A stretch of DNA of 15,203 nucleotides from Promethearchaeia archaeon (GTDB taxonomy: Archaea > Asgardarchaeota > Lokiarchaeia > Sigyniarchaeales > SOKP01). Where the stretch lies: contig JAHQWH010000216.1 of NCBI GenBank assembly GCA_029856105.1, forward strand, positions 1 to 15,203. The letters are read 5' to 3'. Positions 1-8,345 of the stretch are shown one piece after another. The translations under genes and the position numbers were made by a program. Every line of letters starts with the position of its first letter. Position 1 is the stretch's first letter. The notes under the pieces were generated by a model. That model had not been told where the DNA came from. It saw nothing but the letters and a program-made list of their open reading frames with translations, and searched no databases.

Positions 1-783
1 TATCAATACGATTTTATTATACATGCTGGGGATCTTGGCCCTTGGGTGGGCGAAGAATTAGATGGATGGCACGCATTCTTTAATCACATGGAAAGACACG
101 CTTCTACTAGCCCATATATGGTTGCAATTGGAAACCATGAATACGGTGTTGATATATTTGCTCGGAATTTCAAATATTTTTTTCCTTATAACTATGTTGA
201 GGATTGGGGCCATTACTACAGTTTTGACTATTCAAACGCTCATTTTGTCATGATTGATGTTTTTCAAAATCAACTCGATTGGGGTGGATTTCTATTAGAA
301 GCTCAAGAAGCGTGGCTTAGGCAAGACTTAGCGCTAAATAAAGATAAATGGCTCTTCGTTGTTCTTCACGCACCACCTTATAGCACTGGGGATTTTAACA
401 TGCATGAAAAGTTAGCTGCCCAATTAGCCCCAATTTTTTACGAAAATCAAGTAGATGTAGTATTATCGGGGCACGATCATCATTACGAAGCTTTTTGGAC
501 TAATCGCACTGAAAGTTGGGGAGGCACGTACTTTTTTGTAACCGGTGGCGGTGGAGGGGACCTCGACGAATTTATTATGCATCGAGATCGAGATCCCTGG
601 AAAAAATTGTGGCATAATGCGTCCATTGAAGCTTATCAAAATGATTATATTACTCGCAATTATCAGATTTACGGAGAATTAACTCATCATTTTATGCATT
701 TTGAATTAAACGGAAATAATTTGCACATTAAAGCAATAAGAGATAACGGTAGCCTAATTCAAGAATTCTTTATAACAAAATAA
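1..783 (+). CDS. Calcineurin-like metallophosphoesterase (purple acid phosphatase-like), 5'-truncated by the window edge
   Basis: Frame 1 is open from base 1 (YQYDFIIHAGDLGPWV...), so the GTG at 46 is internal. Motifs HAGD, GNHE, VVLHAPPY, SGHDHHYE and VTGGGGG are typical of PAP-type metallophosphoesterases. Confidence 0.9.
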   Translation, partial: YQYDFIIHAGDLGPWVGEELDGWHAFFNHMERHASTSPYMVAIGNHEYGVDIFARNFKYFFPYNYVEDWGHYYSFDYSNAHFVMIDVFQNQLDWGGFLLEAQEAWLRQDLALNKDKWLFVVLHAPPYSTGDFNMHEKLAAQLAPIFYENQVDVVLSGHDHHYEAFWTNRTESWGGTYFFVTGGGGGDLDEFIMHRDRDPWKKLWHNASIEAYQNDYITRNYQIYGELTHHFMHFELNGNNLHIKAIRDNGSLIQEFFITK

Positions 784-847
784 AATTTTAAAAACTAACT
801 ACAAGTTCTCTAAAAAAAGGAGATTAACGCACAAACCTAAAGTTAAT

Positions 848-1048
848 TTAAGCGTAGAAGCCTTTATTTTTATTAAAAGCTCTATGTCTGTTTCTCCAGG
901 CTGGTTGTCTCAACTTAGCTGTTCTTCCAAATCCGCAGGAAGCACAATACTTTTTACTTCTGTGGTAACTATGCTTTCCGCATCTTCTACAAGTTTTATG
1001 ACTTGCTGCTTTATTTTTTTTACCCTTACTCGGAGTTCCTTTACCCAT
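848..1048 (-). CDS. rpl37e: 50S ribosomal protein L37e
   Basis: MGKGTPSxGK start, zinc finger CRRCGKHSYH...CASCGFG, very basic. RBS-like GAGGTTGA about 5 nt upstream. Lies directly downstream of an Sm-like gene, the conserved archaeal arrangement. Confidence 0.97.
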   Translation of the reverse strand: MGKGTPSKGKKNKAASHKTCRRCGKHSYHRSKKYCASCGFGRTAKLRQPAWRNRHRAFNKNKGFYA

Positions 1049-1068
1049 TATTTCAACCTCTTCTCTTT

Positions 1069-1410
1069 TTAGATGCCTTCTGATTCCTTTCTATGCATCA
1101 ATTTATCGTGTACATCTTCCTCAACCGCATCCTTAGATTCAGTATCATTATCAGAAAAAATCAATTTCTTTCTATCCTGCCCAATAAAAATGATAGAAGC
1201 TCCTCTAATCATAACTGTCCCAAGATCCTTGCTTCTTTTTCCGCCCCGACCAAAATATATTTCCTTGGCATCCTCTACGATTAAATTCATGTAACCGTCA
1301 AAGTGGGTGAGCTTCCCTGTTAAATAAGTGTTCCAAATCTTTAATTTGATTCTAACTTTATCCTTTAAAATTGCTTTACTTAAAGTTCTTGAGATTGTTT
1401 GTTGCGACAT
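1069..1410 (-). CDS. Sm-like (Lsm/SmAP) RNA-binding protein with a C-terminal extension
   Basis: Sm1 motif GKLTHFDGYMNLIVEDAKE and Sm2 motif LGTVMIRGASIIFI. Located 20 nt upstream of rpl37e. Confidence 0.92.
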   Translation of the reverse strand: MSQQTISRTLSKAILKDKVRIKLKIWNTYLTGKLTHFDGYMNLIVEDAKEIYFGRGGKRSKDLGTVMIRGASIIFIGQDRKKLIFSDNDTESKDAVEEDVHDKLMHRKESEGI

Positions 1411-1541
1411 TTGAAAAACTCTGTAATTGCTTATAGAATATTCTATAAAATGTAGTTAAAATATAAATATTTTTTTATTCTAAAAGATTTAATCTCGCAA
1501 TACGATTTAGATTTGTAATCAATTTTGCATGGAAGCAAACT

Positions 1542-2579
1542 ATGAAAAAAATTGGGATTTTTGATAGTGGTGTTGACACCCCAGAAGAAATAATTCTTGC
1601 CGCTGGATTTGTCTCTCATAGGCTTTTTGGTGATCCAAATATCGAACCAGATAAAGCTAACGAGCATATCCCTCCAACTCATTGCGTTTGGACTCGAAAC
1701 CTCTTAGAACAAGCAATAAGAGGCCTTGATAAAGACATTGTAGGGATAATTGCGACTCATGGGTGCGATCGAACCAATCGGGAGTTCGATATTTGGTTAA
1801 AGTGTATTAACCTTGATTTCATGTTTTTTTTGAATTCTCCCTTCAAACGCCACAAAATAGCTTCAAAATTTTTTATAGACGATATGAAAGAATTAATAGC
1901 TCAATTAGAAGATAGATTTAGCGTTAAGGTGTCTTCTGAAAAAATCAAAGAAGCAATTAAATTGATGAACAAAGTTAGATCCTTGTTAATGGAGATCTCC
2001 GAATTTCGAAGTAAAATGGTATTGAGAGGAGCAGATTTTCACGCACTCGTCAAAAAAGTTCAACAAATAGATAAAAACGAGGCAGTAAAACTACTTGAAG
2101 CTAAATTGGAAGAGCTAAAAACCAAAAAACCTATAAAAAATAAAGATTATAAAAGAATTCTGTTAACAGGTTCAGATTTAGATGATACGGAATTCATTGA
2201 ATATATCGAAAATCTCGGCTTTCAAATAGTTATCGACGATTTAGGCATAGGTACAAAATATTTTTGGAATAAAGTTGACGAAAATAAGGAGCCCATCGAA
2301 GCCTTAGCCAAATATCATTTAGAAAAACCGATTCATTCGACTAAGTTTCCATCTTATGAGAGATTTGATGTCATTAAAAAATTGGCAGAAAGCTATAAGG
2401 TAGATGGAATTATAAACGTTGCTCATAAGTTTTGCGAACCAGTTTTATACGACCATCCTTATTTAAGCAAAAAATTTAAAGAATTAGCTATACCATATCT
2501 TTTTATTGAAACAGAATATAATAGAGAGTCTTATAAGCAGTTAGCAACAAGATTCGAAGCCTTTGGAGAGATTATTTAA
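1542..2579 (+). CDS. 2-hydroxyacyl-CoA dehydratase / benzoyl-CoA reductase family subunit (HgdB/FldC/BcrC/BzdN-like), [4Fe-4S]
   Basis: PEEIILAAG motif, three spaced Cys (PTHC, HGCD, KFCEP), RILLTGS, IVIDDL, and C-terminal IPYLFIETEY...QLATRFEAFGE, all typical of the HGD-D family. Confidence 0.88.
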   Translation: MKKIGIFDSGVDTPEEIILAAGFVSHRLFGDPNIEPDKANEHIPPTHCVWTRNLLEQAIRGLDKDIVGIIATHGCDRTNREFDIWLKCINLDFMFFLNSPFKRHKIASKFFIDDMKELIAQLEDRFSVKVSSEKIKEAIKLMNKVRSLLMEISEFRSKMVLRGADFHALVKKVQQIDKNEAVKLLEAKLEELKTKKPIKNKDYKRILLTGSDLDDTEFIEYIENLGFQIVIDDLGIGTKYFWNKVDENKEPIEALAKYHLEKPIHSTKFPSYERFDVIKKLAESYKVDGIINVAHKFCEPVLYDHPYLSKKFKELAIPYLFIETEYNRESYKQLATRFEAFGEII

Positions 2580-2595
2580 AGGAGGGATTGAAAAA

Positions 2596-3855
2596 ATGTC
2601 GAAAGAAAAGAAAAGCGGGATAATGTTAAACGCAACCAACAAACTAAAAAATGAAATGGGAAGACATTTTCTAGCAATTGAACAAGCGTATAGAGATGGA
2701 AAACCAACTGCTTGGGCAACTGCAGGAACTCCTGTTGAACTTTTATACGCTATGGATGTTCAGGCAATGATGCCTGAAAATTCAGCAACAATATCAGCAG
2801 CGCTTAAACAATCGAAAAAATTTATTGAAATCGCCGAAGATCAAGGGTATTCCTACGACTTGTGCTCTTATTTCAAAACGAGTATTGGTGCCGTGTCAAG
2901 CAAGGCTGAAATGAGCGTTGGTGGAACTAGAAAACCAGCTTTTATGATGTCAAGCGATGTAATATGTGATACTCACGTTAGATGGTTTCAAATACAAGCA
3001 GAAAGACTAAATGTACCTCATTTCACGTTAGATATACCTCACGTAGTGAGCAACACGAGCAATCGCCAACGCGAGTATTTTAAAAAATATATCAAAGAAC
3101 AACTTTGGGAGCTATTAGATTTTATAACGGAAGTAACAGGTCACGAATATAACGAAGAAAAAGCGAGAGAGGTAGCCTCAAATTCCTATGAATTAGGAAA
3201 AATATGGCAAGATGTGTTTGAGCTAAGAAAAAATGTTCCCAGTCCAATCTCAACGCGAGATACTTTTGGTGGACTTTTTCCATTATTCACAATGCCTGGA
3301 CTTAAATCTCCGATTAAGTTATACAAGAGAATGTACAAGGAAGCAAAAGCGAGGGTAGATGCGGGTGTAGGCGCACTTGAAAACGAAGAATTTAGACTCA
3401 TGTGGGAGGGTATACCTTTTTGGTACAATCTAAAATTCTTTTCGAATCTGGAGCGCTGGAACGCTATGATAGTTTACGAACCTTACGTTTATGCCTTTAG
3501 CAAATATACAAATCCAAATATTACGAAAGACGATGTGTTGAATCATCCAGTAGAATCAATGGCTGAATTAGTTTTAAGTTTTTGGTATATTTATGATCTC
3601 GAGACTCGGGTTAAAAAATTCAAAGAAACAATAAAAGAATGGAAAATTGATGGCGTTCTTTTACATAATAACATGTCTTGTAGACCAAACTCGTGTGGAC
3701 AATACGATTTGAAGCGTAGCTTAATGGAAGAATTAGATATCCCTAGTTTAATAATAACTAGTGACATGAACGACCCAAGAAAACTAAATGAGACTCAAGT
3801 GATTAATCAAATCGAGAGCTTCATCGAAATCTTGCGCCAGAGAAAGAAGCAATAA
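2596..3855 (+). CDS. 2-hydroxyacyl-CoA dehydratase / benzoyl-CoA reductase family subunit (HgdA/FldB/BcrB/BzdO-like), [4Fe-4S]
   Basis: PVELLYAMD, PEN, DLCSY, ICD and SCRP motifs, C-terminal SDMNDPR...IESFIEIL. Start placed at ATG 2596 (not TTG 2563) because GGAGGG at 2581-2586 precedes it and this avoids overlap with the upstream gene. Confidence 0.88.
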   Translation: MSKEKKSGIMLNATNKLKNEMGRHFLAIEQAYRDGKPTAWATAGTPVELLYAMDVQAMMPENSATISAALKQSKKFIEIAEDQGYSYDLCSYFKTSIGAVSSKAEMSVGGTRKPAFMMSSDVICDTHVRWFQIQAERLNVPHFTLDIPHVVSNTSNRQREYFKKYIKEQLWELLDFITEVTGHEYNEEKAREVASNSYELGKIWQDVFELRKNVPSPISTRDTFGGLFPLFTMPGLKSPIKLYKRMYKEAKARVDAGVGALENEEFRLMWEGIPFWYNLKFFSNLERWNAMIVYEPYVYAFSKYTNPNITKDDVLNHPVESMAELVLSFWYIYDLETRVKKFKETIKEWKIDGVLLHNNMSCRPNSCGQYDLKRSLMEELDIPSLIITSDMNDPRKLNETQVINQIESFIEILRQRKKQ

Positions 3856-4055
3856 TCCTAGGGATTCAAAAGTTTTATATTACTTTAATGTTGAGCATAT
3901 CGAAAGATAACGTTAAATCTCCGCGAGTTTCCATTTCTTCACTTTAAGACATCTCAGTAATATAAAATCTTACATAATAAAATTTAAAGGTTGATTATTC
4001 CATTTAGAATTAATCCTTAAAATAGTATTTTTAATAAAATTTCGAGTGTGTTGAA

Positions 4056-4865
4056 ATGCCAATAATTGGAATTGATTACGATAAATGTATTAGTTGTGAG
4101 ATTTGTATAAGTGCTTGTCCGTCCCAAGTATATTCCAAAAGCAACAAAGCAGATAATAAGATTATATTTGATCCCGAGAAAAAATGCATATTATGTGGGC
4201 AGTGTATTGCACAATGCCCTGAAGATGCTATAATTTACGAAAACATGGGAGAAAGTTTCACTTTCGGCGAAATTGGCGAGCTTTCTTCTCTTGTCCCTTA
4301 TGAAAACATGTTCAAGTTTCTGGCAGGAAATCGTTCAATTCGTAGATATAAGAAAGATAAGGTACCAATAGAAATTTTAAATAAAGTTATTAAGGCGATG
4401 GAATACGCTCCCACAGCAGCTAACATGAGACCTGAAAATTTCGTTTTAATATCTGATTCAGATTTGATTAAAAAGATGTCTGATGCGATTGTAGAAGAAT
4501 TTAGCAAGGATCCCTCGTTAAAGGAGCAATTCAGCAAGCAACTAGAATATCACGCAAAAGAGATGCGAAGCCCTGCATATTTTGACGCCCCTCATGTGAT
4601 AATCGTATCCTCACCTTTCAACATAATAATGGGAGGTTTCAATATTGGAAATATTATTACATACGGGAGATTAGCCGCCCAATCGCTCGGTTTAGGCACT
4701 TGTTGGAATGGTTGGACCCACTTGGCATTCCATAAAAATCCCAAGCTAAAAAAATTAGCCAGAATACGAGGTAGTCTAGTAACTGCATTAATAATTGGTT
4801 ATGCAGACAACAAGTATTATCGCGTTCCTCCTCGTTCAAAAAAGGATGTAAAGATATTTGAGTGA
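4056..4865 (+). CDS. Nitroreductase family flavoprotein with an N-terminal 2x[4Fe-4S] ferredoxin domain
   Basis: CISCEICISACP and CILCGQCIAQCP ferredoxin motifs. Nitroreductase motifs NRSIRRY, APTAAN and AQSLGLGTCWNG. Confidence 0.92.
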   Translation: MPIIGIDYDKCISCEICISACPSQVYSKSNKADNKIIFDPEKKCILCGQCIAQCPEDAIIYENMGESFTFGEIGELSSLVPYENMFKFLAGNRSIRRYKKDKVPIEILNKVIKAMEYAPTAANMRPENFVLISDSDLIKKMSDAIVEEFSKDPSLKEQFSKQLEYHAKEMRSPAYFDAPHVIIVSSPFNIIMGGFNIGNIITYGRLAAQSLGLGTCWNGWTHLAFHKNPKLKKLARIRGSLVTALIIGYADNKYYRVPPRSKKDVKIFE

Positions 4866-4885
4866 AATATTTTTCGCTAATTAAC

Positions 4886-5230
4886 CTAATTGGAAATTTT
4901 CACACAAGAGTTCGGAGTCAGGATTAAGTATTGGTCCCCAAGACGGGCCATTGAGCCACCATTTTCTCTCAAAAACGATTTTAAATCTTCGATCCCTCTT
5001 TTTAGTTGAGTGACATCAATATTTTGAAGAATATCTTTCGCGTTTAATATTAGAATTCTTTTGCCGAGAAGTTCCTTTTTAATTGCTTCGACTTGCTCAA
5101 GAGAAGAGAAATCGTACTTTTTAATGACAAAACTTTGTTTAAACGAAGAAAACTCTCGGGAAAACCCCATAGTTTCTTCTGGGGAACCTAAAAGTTGATT
5201 TTCTTCCAATTTTTTCCATAATCTACCCAA
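4886..5230 (-). CDS. sepF: Archaeal cell division protein SepF (FtsZ membrane anchor)
   Basis: N-terminal amphipathic MGRLWKKL. Core SLEQVEAIKKEL..KRILILN...LKRGIEDLK...GGSMARLGDQYLILTPNSCVKI matches the archaeal SepF pattern. TTG start, with no in-frame upstream ATG before a TGA. Confidence 0.82.
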   Translation of the reverse strand: MGRLWKKLEENQLLGSPEETMGFSREFSSFKQSFVIKKYDFSSLEQVEAIKKELLGKRILILNAKDILQNIDVTQLKRGIEDLKSFLRENGGSMARLGDQYLILTPNSCVKISN

Positions 5231-5266
5231 TTTTTTACCACGACCAATTTTTTTTAAATCAGTTTT

Positions 5267-5314
5267 ATAAGCTCACTTTAAACATTATGATAATATGAAT
5301 AAGCTCACTTTAAA
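5267..5314. repeat. Perfect 16-bp direct repeat ATAAGCTCACTTTAAA x2 (5267-5282, 5299-5314)
   Basis: Read directly from the sequence. Period 32 bp, in the sepF / DUF35-operon divergent intergenic region. Confidence 0.95.
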
Positions 5315-5390
5315 GAATATATCATTCAGATATTATATTATTTAGATCATTATTTTTTTAAAAATTCTGATTTTTCTGTCTATTAGTAAT

Positions 5391-5403
5391 AAAAGTTTTA
5401 AAA
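5391..5403 (+). promoter_or_regulatory. Putative BRE + TATA box for the DUF35-Ltp4-Ltp3-DUF35 operon
   Basis: AAAAG-TTTTAAAA about 63 nt upstream of ATG 5467. The region is very AT-rich, so alternatives exist. Confidence 0.4.
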
Positions 5404-5466
5404 ATTCATATTCATATTAATAATCATATTAATTGTTATAATAATAATAAAAAAAAAGAAATCAAA

Positions 5467-5928
5467 ATGAGTGAAAATAAAGTAATTGTGGCAAATAAAG
5501 GTATGGTTCGGGCAGATTTTAACTTCTGGGTCGGTCGATACATGGACAAATTTTACGATAATTTTGAAAAAAAGAAAGTAGTTGGCAATAAATGCCAAAA
5601 ATGCGGTGATGTTTTTGTTCCTCCCAGAAAGATATGTGGAAAATGTAATGTAGTTATTCCACTAGAAGAGAATTGGGTTGATTTGCCTGATACGGGTATC
5701 TTAAAGAATTATACCATCACGCCATATAGAGTTAACGATAGAAGTTCAAGAAAGGCTAAACCTCAAATTATTGGTATGGTACAAATTGATGGGAGCAATA
5801 CAGCTATAGTTTATCGATTGTTAAATATAAAACAAGAGGAAGTTAAAACTGGGATGAAGGTTAAAATTGAATGGAGCGAAAAACCGAAAGGAGACCCTTC
5901 AGATATTAAGGGTTTCGTTAAAGTTTGA
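5467..5928 (+). CDS. DUF35 family Zn-ribbon + OB-fold protein (acyl-CoA-binding scaffold, ChsH2 C-terminus-like)
   Basis: GNKCQKCGDVFVPPRKICGKC Zn ribbon, then G.LKNYTI, IGMVQIDG and VKTGMKVKIEW OB-fold pattern. Confidence 0.92.
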   Translation: MSENKVIVANKGMVRADFNFWVGRYMDKFYDNFEKKKVVGNKCQKCGDVFVPPRKICGKCNVVIPLEENWVDLPDTGILKNYTITPYRVNDRSSRKAKPQIIGMVQIDGSNTAIVYRLLNIKQEEVKTGMKVKIEWSEKPKGDPSDIKGFVKV

Positions 5929-5943
5929 GAGGTGAGATGATAA

Positions 5944-7086
5944 GTGGAAAAAGTAGGAATTGTAGGTTATTATCAAGTTCAACTACAGTCAGAAGCTAAT
6001 TATGGTCGATATGAGATGATTTTTGAAGCAGTTAGGGGCGCTTTAGATAAAGGTGGTATAAAAAAGAAGGAAATTACTACGGTCATATCTAGTACTAATG
6101 ATTATTACGACGGAAGAACCATCTCTAATGCGTTTACTGTAGAAGTTGGCGGTGGATATTTAGCTGACGAATCAAAAGTAGAAATGGATGGGGCTCATGC
6201 TGTTTTATATGGTTTAATGAGGATCTTATCCGGGAACCACAAATTAGCGGTAATTTGGGGAGGGAGTATGGCATCTTGCTTTCCTTACCATTCTGCCAGA
6301 TTATTTGAAACGGACCCAACTTGGGAGCGACCTAGTGCTTTGGTAAATGATATCACAGCGGCAGGCTTCCAAATGAGAGCATATATGGAAAAATATGGAG
6401 TTTCTTCAGAAGATATTGCTAAAGTAGCAGTAAATAATAGAAAGAATGCTGCTAAAAACCCTTTGTCTCTAAAAGAAGCTCAATATCCAAATTTGACAAC
6501 GAAGGAAGTTTTAGAATCTGATAATTATGCAGATCCTGTCACTGAACTTATGGTATCTCCTCTTTGTGATGGCGTAGCTGCTTTAATATTAGCTCCAGAA
6601 AAACAAGCTTTGAAGATTACAGACAAACCCGTCTGGATTACTGGAGTAGGATACAATCAAGATGCATATTATCTAGGCGATAGAGATTTATCTACTTCCA
6701 AATCTATGGAAATGGCTGGGAAAGTGGCCTTTAAAGCTGCAGGAATAAATAACCCGAAGGATGAAATAGATGTTGCTGAATTATTTGAAATGTATGCTCA
6801 CGAAGAACTCATTTTTAGTGAAGCTCTCGGATTAACAAAAAAAGGTCAAGGAGCTAATCTAAATTATGAGATTAATGGAGATCTTCCGATTAATCCTTCG
6901 GGAGGAGCTCTGGGAGGTAACGCTCCATGTGCAACAGGTTTAATAAGGATAATAGAAGCAGTTAAGCAATTAAGAGGAGAGGCTAACGGATATCAAGTTA
7001 AAGATGCTAAAAAAGCTATTGCCTCTGGTCAAATTGGAATGTGTGCTCAAAATAATATAATATATGTATTGGAGGGAGAGAATTAA
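5944..7086 (+). CDS. Thiolase-fold (SCP-x type) protein, Ltp4-like, lacking the nucleophilic Cys
   Basis: GTG start 8 nt after GAGGTGA (5929-5935). Thiolase-fold motifs SPLCDGVAALIL, DVAEL and INPSGG. STNDYYDGRTIS...ESKVEMDGAHA...ETDP resembles mycobacterial Ltp4 as I recall it (SSDYLAGRAFS...ESHVEMDAAWA...QTDP). Confidence 0.85.
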   Translation: MEKVGIVGYYQVQLQSEANYGRYEMIFEAVRGALDKGGIKKKEITTVISSTNDYYDGRTISNAFTVEVGGGYLADESKVEMDGAHAVLYGLMRILSGNHKLAVIWGGSMASCFPYHSARLFETDPTWERPSALVNDITAAGFQMRAYMEKYGVSSEDIAKVAVNNRKNAAKNPLSLKEAQYPNLTTKEVLESDNYADPVTELMVSPLCDGVAALILAPEKQALKITDKPVWITGVGYNQDAYYLGDRDLSTSKSMEMAGKVAFKAAGINNPKDEIDVAELFEMYAHEELIFSEALGLTKKGQGANLNYEINGDLPINPSGGALGGNAPCATGLIRIIEAVKQLRGEANGYQVKDAKKAIASGQIGMCAQNNIIYVLEGEN

Positions 7087-7088
7087 AA

Positions 7089-8336
7089 ATGGGAAGACAA
7101 GTAGCTATTGCTTCGGCTGGTTTTAGTGAACATGCTTCAAAACGCTCTGATGTAAGTATGCCGGAACTAGTAAGTGAAGCTATTCTTGATTGTTTAAAGA
7201 ATGTCCCTAGCGTAGGGATTGAAGATATCGATGCTTTTGTGAATGGAAACATGCCCGCATTTGAAGGATCTAATATTCCAGAGCTTTGGATGACGGATTG
7301 GATGGGAGCAAGAAATAAACCATTAATGAGAGTGACTACTGGAGGGACAACGGGAGGATCGGTAGCCATTTCGGGATATTATAATGTAACAGCAGGTATT
7401 CCCGGCGTTGATACTGTTTTAGCAGTAGCTTTTGAACAGCAATCCATAGGCACTACGAGCGTAGGATTAGCAAGCGTAGCATATGGTGAAATATCTGTTC
7501 TTAATTCAATAGGTATTCCTTACGAGGAATTAACGCGTTTGTTATCTGGTGGCGCTGCGATTGGTGTCGCATCATATCAGGCGGCAAATTATATGCGTAG
7601 AAGTAAAATTACTGAAGAAGATTTAGCTAGAGTTGTAGTCCAAAATCGTCATAATGCTGCAAAAACCTGGTGGACACACTTAAAAATGCCAGATCTTACA
7701 ATCGAACAAGTACTAGACACACCTTACATATCTTACCCCTTAAGATACGGTATGGTTTGTCCTGCCTCAGATGGAGCTTGCGCTATGTTGTTTACAACAG
7801 AAGAAAAAGCTAAAGATATGTGTGATATCCCCGTTTATGTAAATGGTGTTGCAAGTGTTTCTCATGAAACAGCTGTTTTAGGATATAACGGAAGTGGTGC
7901 TGGGCAATTAGATCCTTCGGAACAACTAGGTGCTATGAAGTCAGCAGAATTAGCTTTTAATCAGTCTGGAATTTCTTTTCCAAGGAAGGAAATTGATTAT
8001 GCTGAAGTTTATGCCCCATTTCCCAATCAAGAATTAATGTGGGTAGAAAGATTAGGTTTATTTGAAGAAAATACTGCTTCTTCTATGTATGAATCTGGAG
8101 TAACTGCATTAAACGGAGAACTTCCAGTAAATTGCTCTGGTGGAGTGAACTCAACAAATGCTATAGGAGCTTCAGCGATGGAAAGACCAGCCGAAGCAGC
8201 TCTCCAGATTATGGGAAAAGCGAGTAACCAAGTCCCTAAAACTGTTCATACGGCATTAGGCCACGGTTGGGGAGGGGTTATTAATTTAATTACAATGATG
8301 GTGATGTCAGATGAACCTGCTCGTAAATTTAAATAA
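7089..8336 (+). CDS. Thiolase-fold (SCP-x type) protein, Ltp3-like, lacking the nucleophilic Cys
   Basis: KRSDVSMPELVSEAI, FEGSNIPELWMTDWMGARNKPLMRVTTGGTTGGS, CPASDGACA, AEVYAPF, VNCSGG..STNAIGAS and ALGHGWGG closely parallel mycobacterial Ltp3 as I recall it. RBS GGAGGGAG upstream. Confidence 0.88.
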   Translation: MGRQVAIASAGFSEHASKRSDVSMPELVSEAILDCLKNVPSVGIEDIDAFVNGNMPAFEGSNIPELWMTDWMGARNKPLMRVTTGGTTGGSVAISGYYNVTAGIPGVDTVLAVAFEQQSIGTTSVGLASVAYGEISVLNSIGIPYEELTRLLSGGAAIGVASYQAANYMRRSKITEEDLARVVVQNRHNAAKTWWTHLKMPDLTIEQVLDTPYISYPLRYGMVCPASDGACAMLFTTEEKAKDMCDIPVYVNGVASVSHETAVLGYNGSGAGQLDPSEQLGAMKSAELAFNQSGISFPRKEIDYAEVYAPFPNQELMWVERLGLFEENTASSMYESGVTALNGELPVNCSGGVNSTNAIGASAMERPAEAALQIMGKASNQVPKTVHTALGHGWGGVINLITMMVMSDEPARKFK

Positions 8337-8345
8337 TTTTGGAGG

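Noticed and set aside
1467-1541. Open in-frame stretch upstream of ATG 1542 ending ...FAWKQT-MKKIG, reminiscent of the WK..GKKVIG N-terminus of HgdB-like proteins
   Set aside because: It has no ATG/GTG/TTG and overlaps the likely divergent promoter region. It may be chance or an eroded N-terminus and cannot be supported without alignments.
62-1682. Short alternative-frame or antisense ORFs 62..253, 884..1072, 1073..1294, 1093..1284 and 1443..1682
   Set aside because: They overlap well-supported genes and show no recognisable motifs, so they are shadow ORFs.
3884-3950. Considered as a tRNA, SECIS, hammerhead ribozyme or fluoride riboswitch
   Set aside because: No cloverleaf or T-loop, no CUGAUGA core, no crcB consensus, and no in-frame UGA selenoprotein candidate in the flanking genes.
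5937-5999. Out-of-frame ATG right after the GAGGTGA RBS opening a 20-codon ORF over the Ltp4-like start
   Set aside because: The ATG is only 1 nt from the RBS, whereas GTG 5944 has normal 8-nt spacing.
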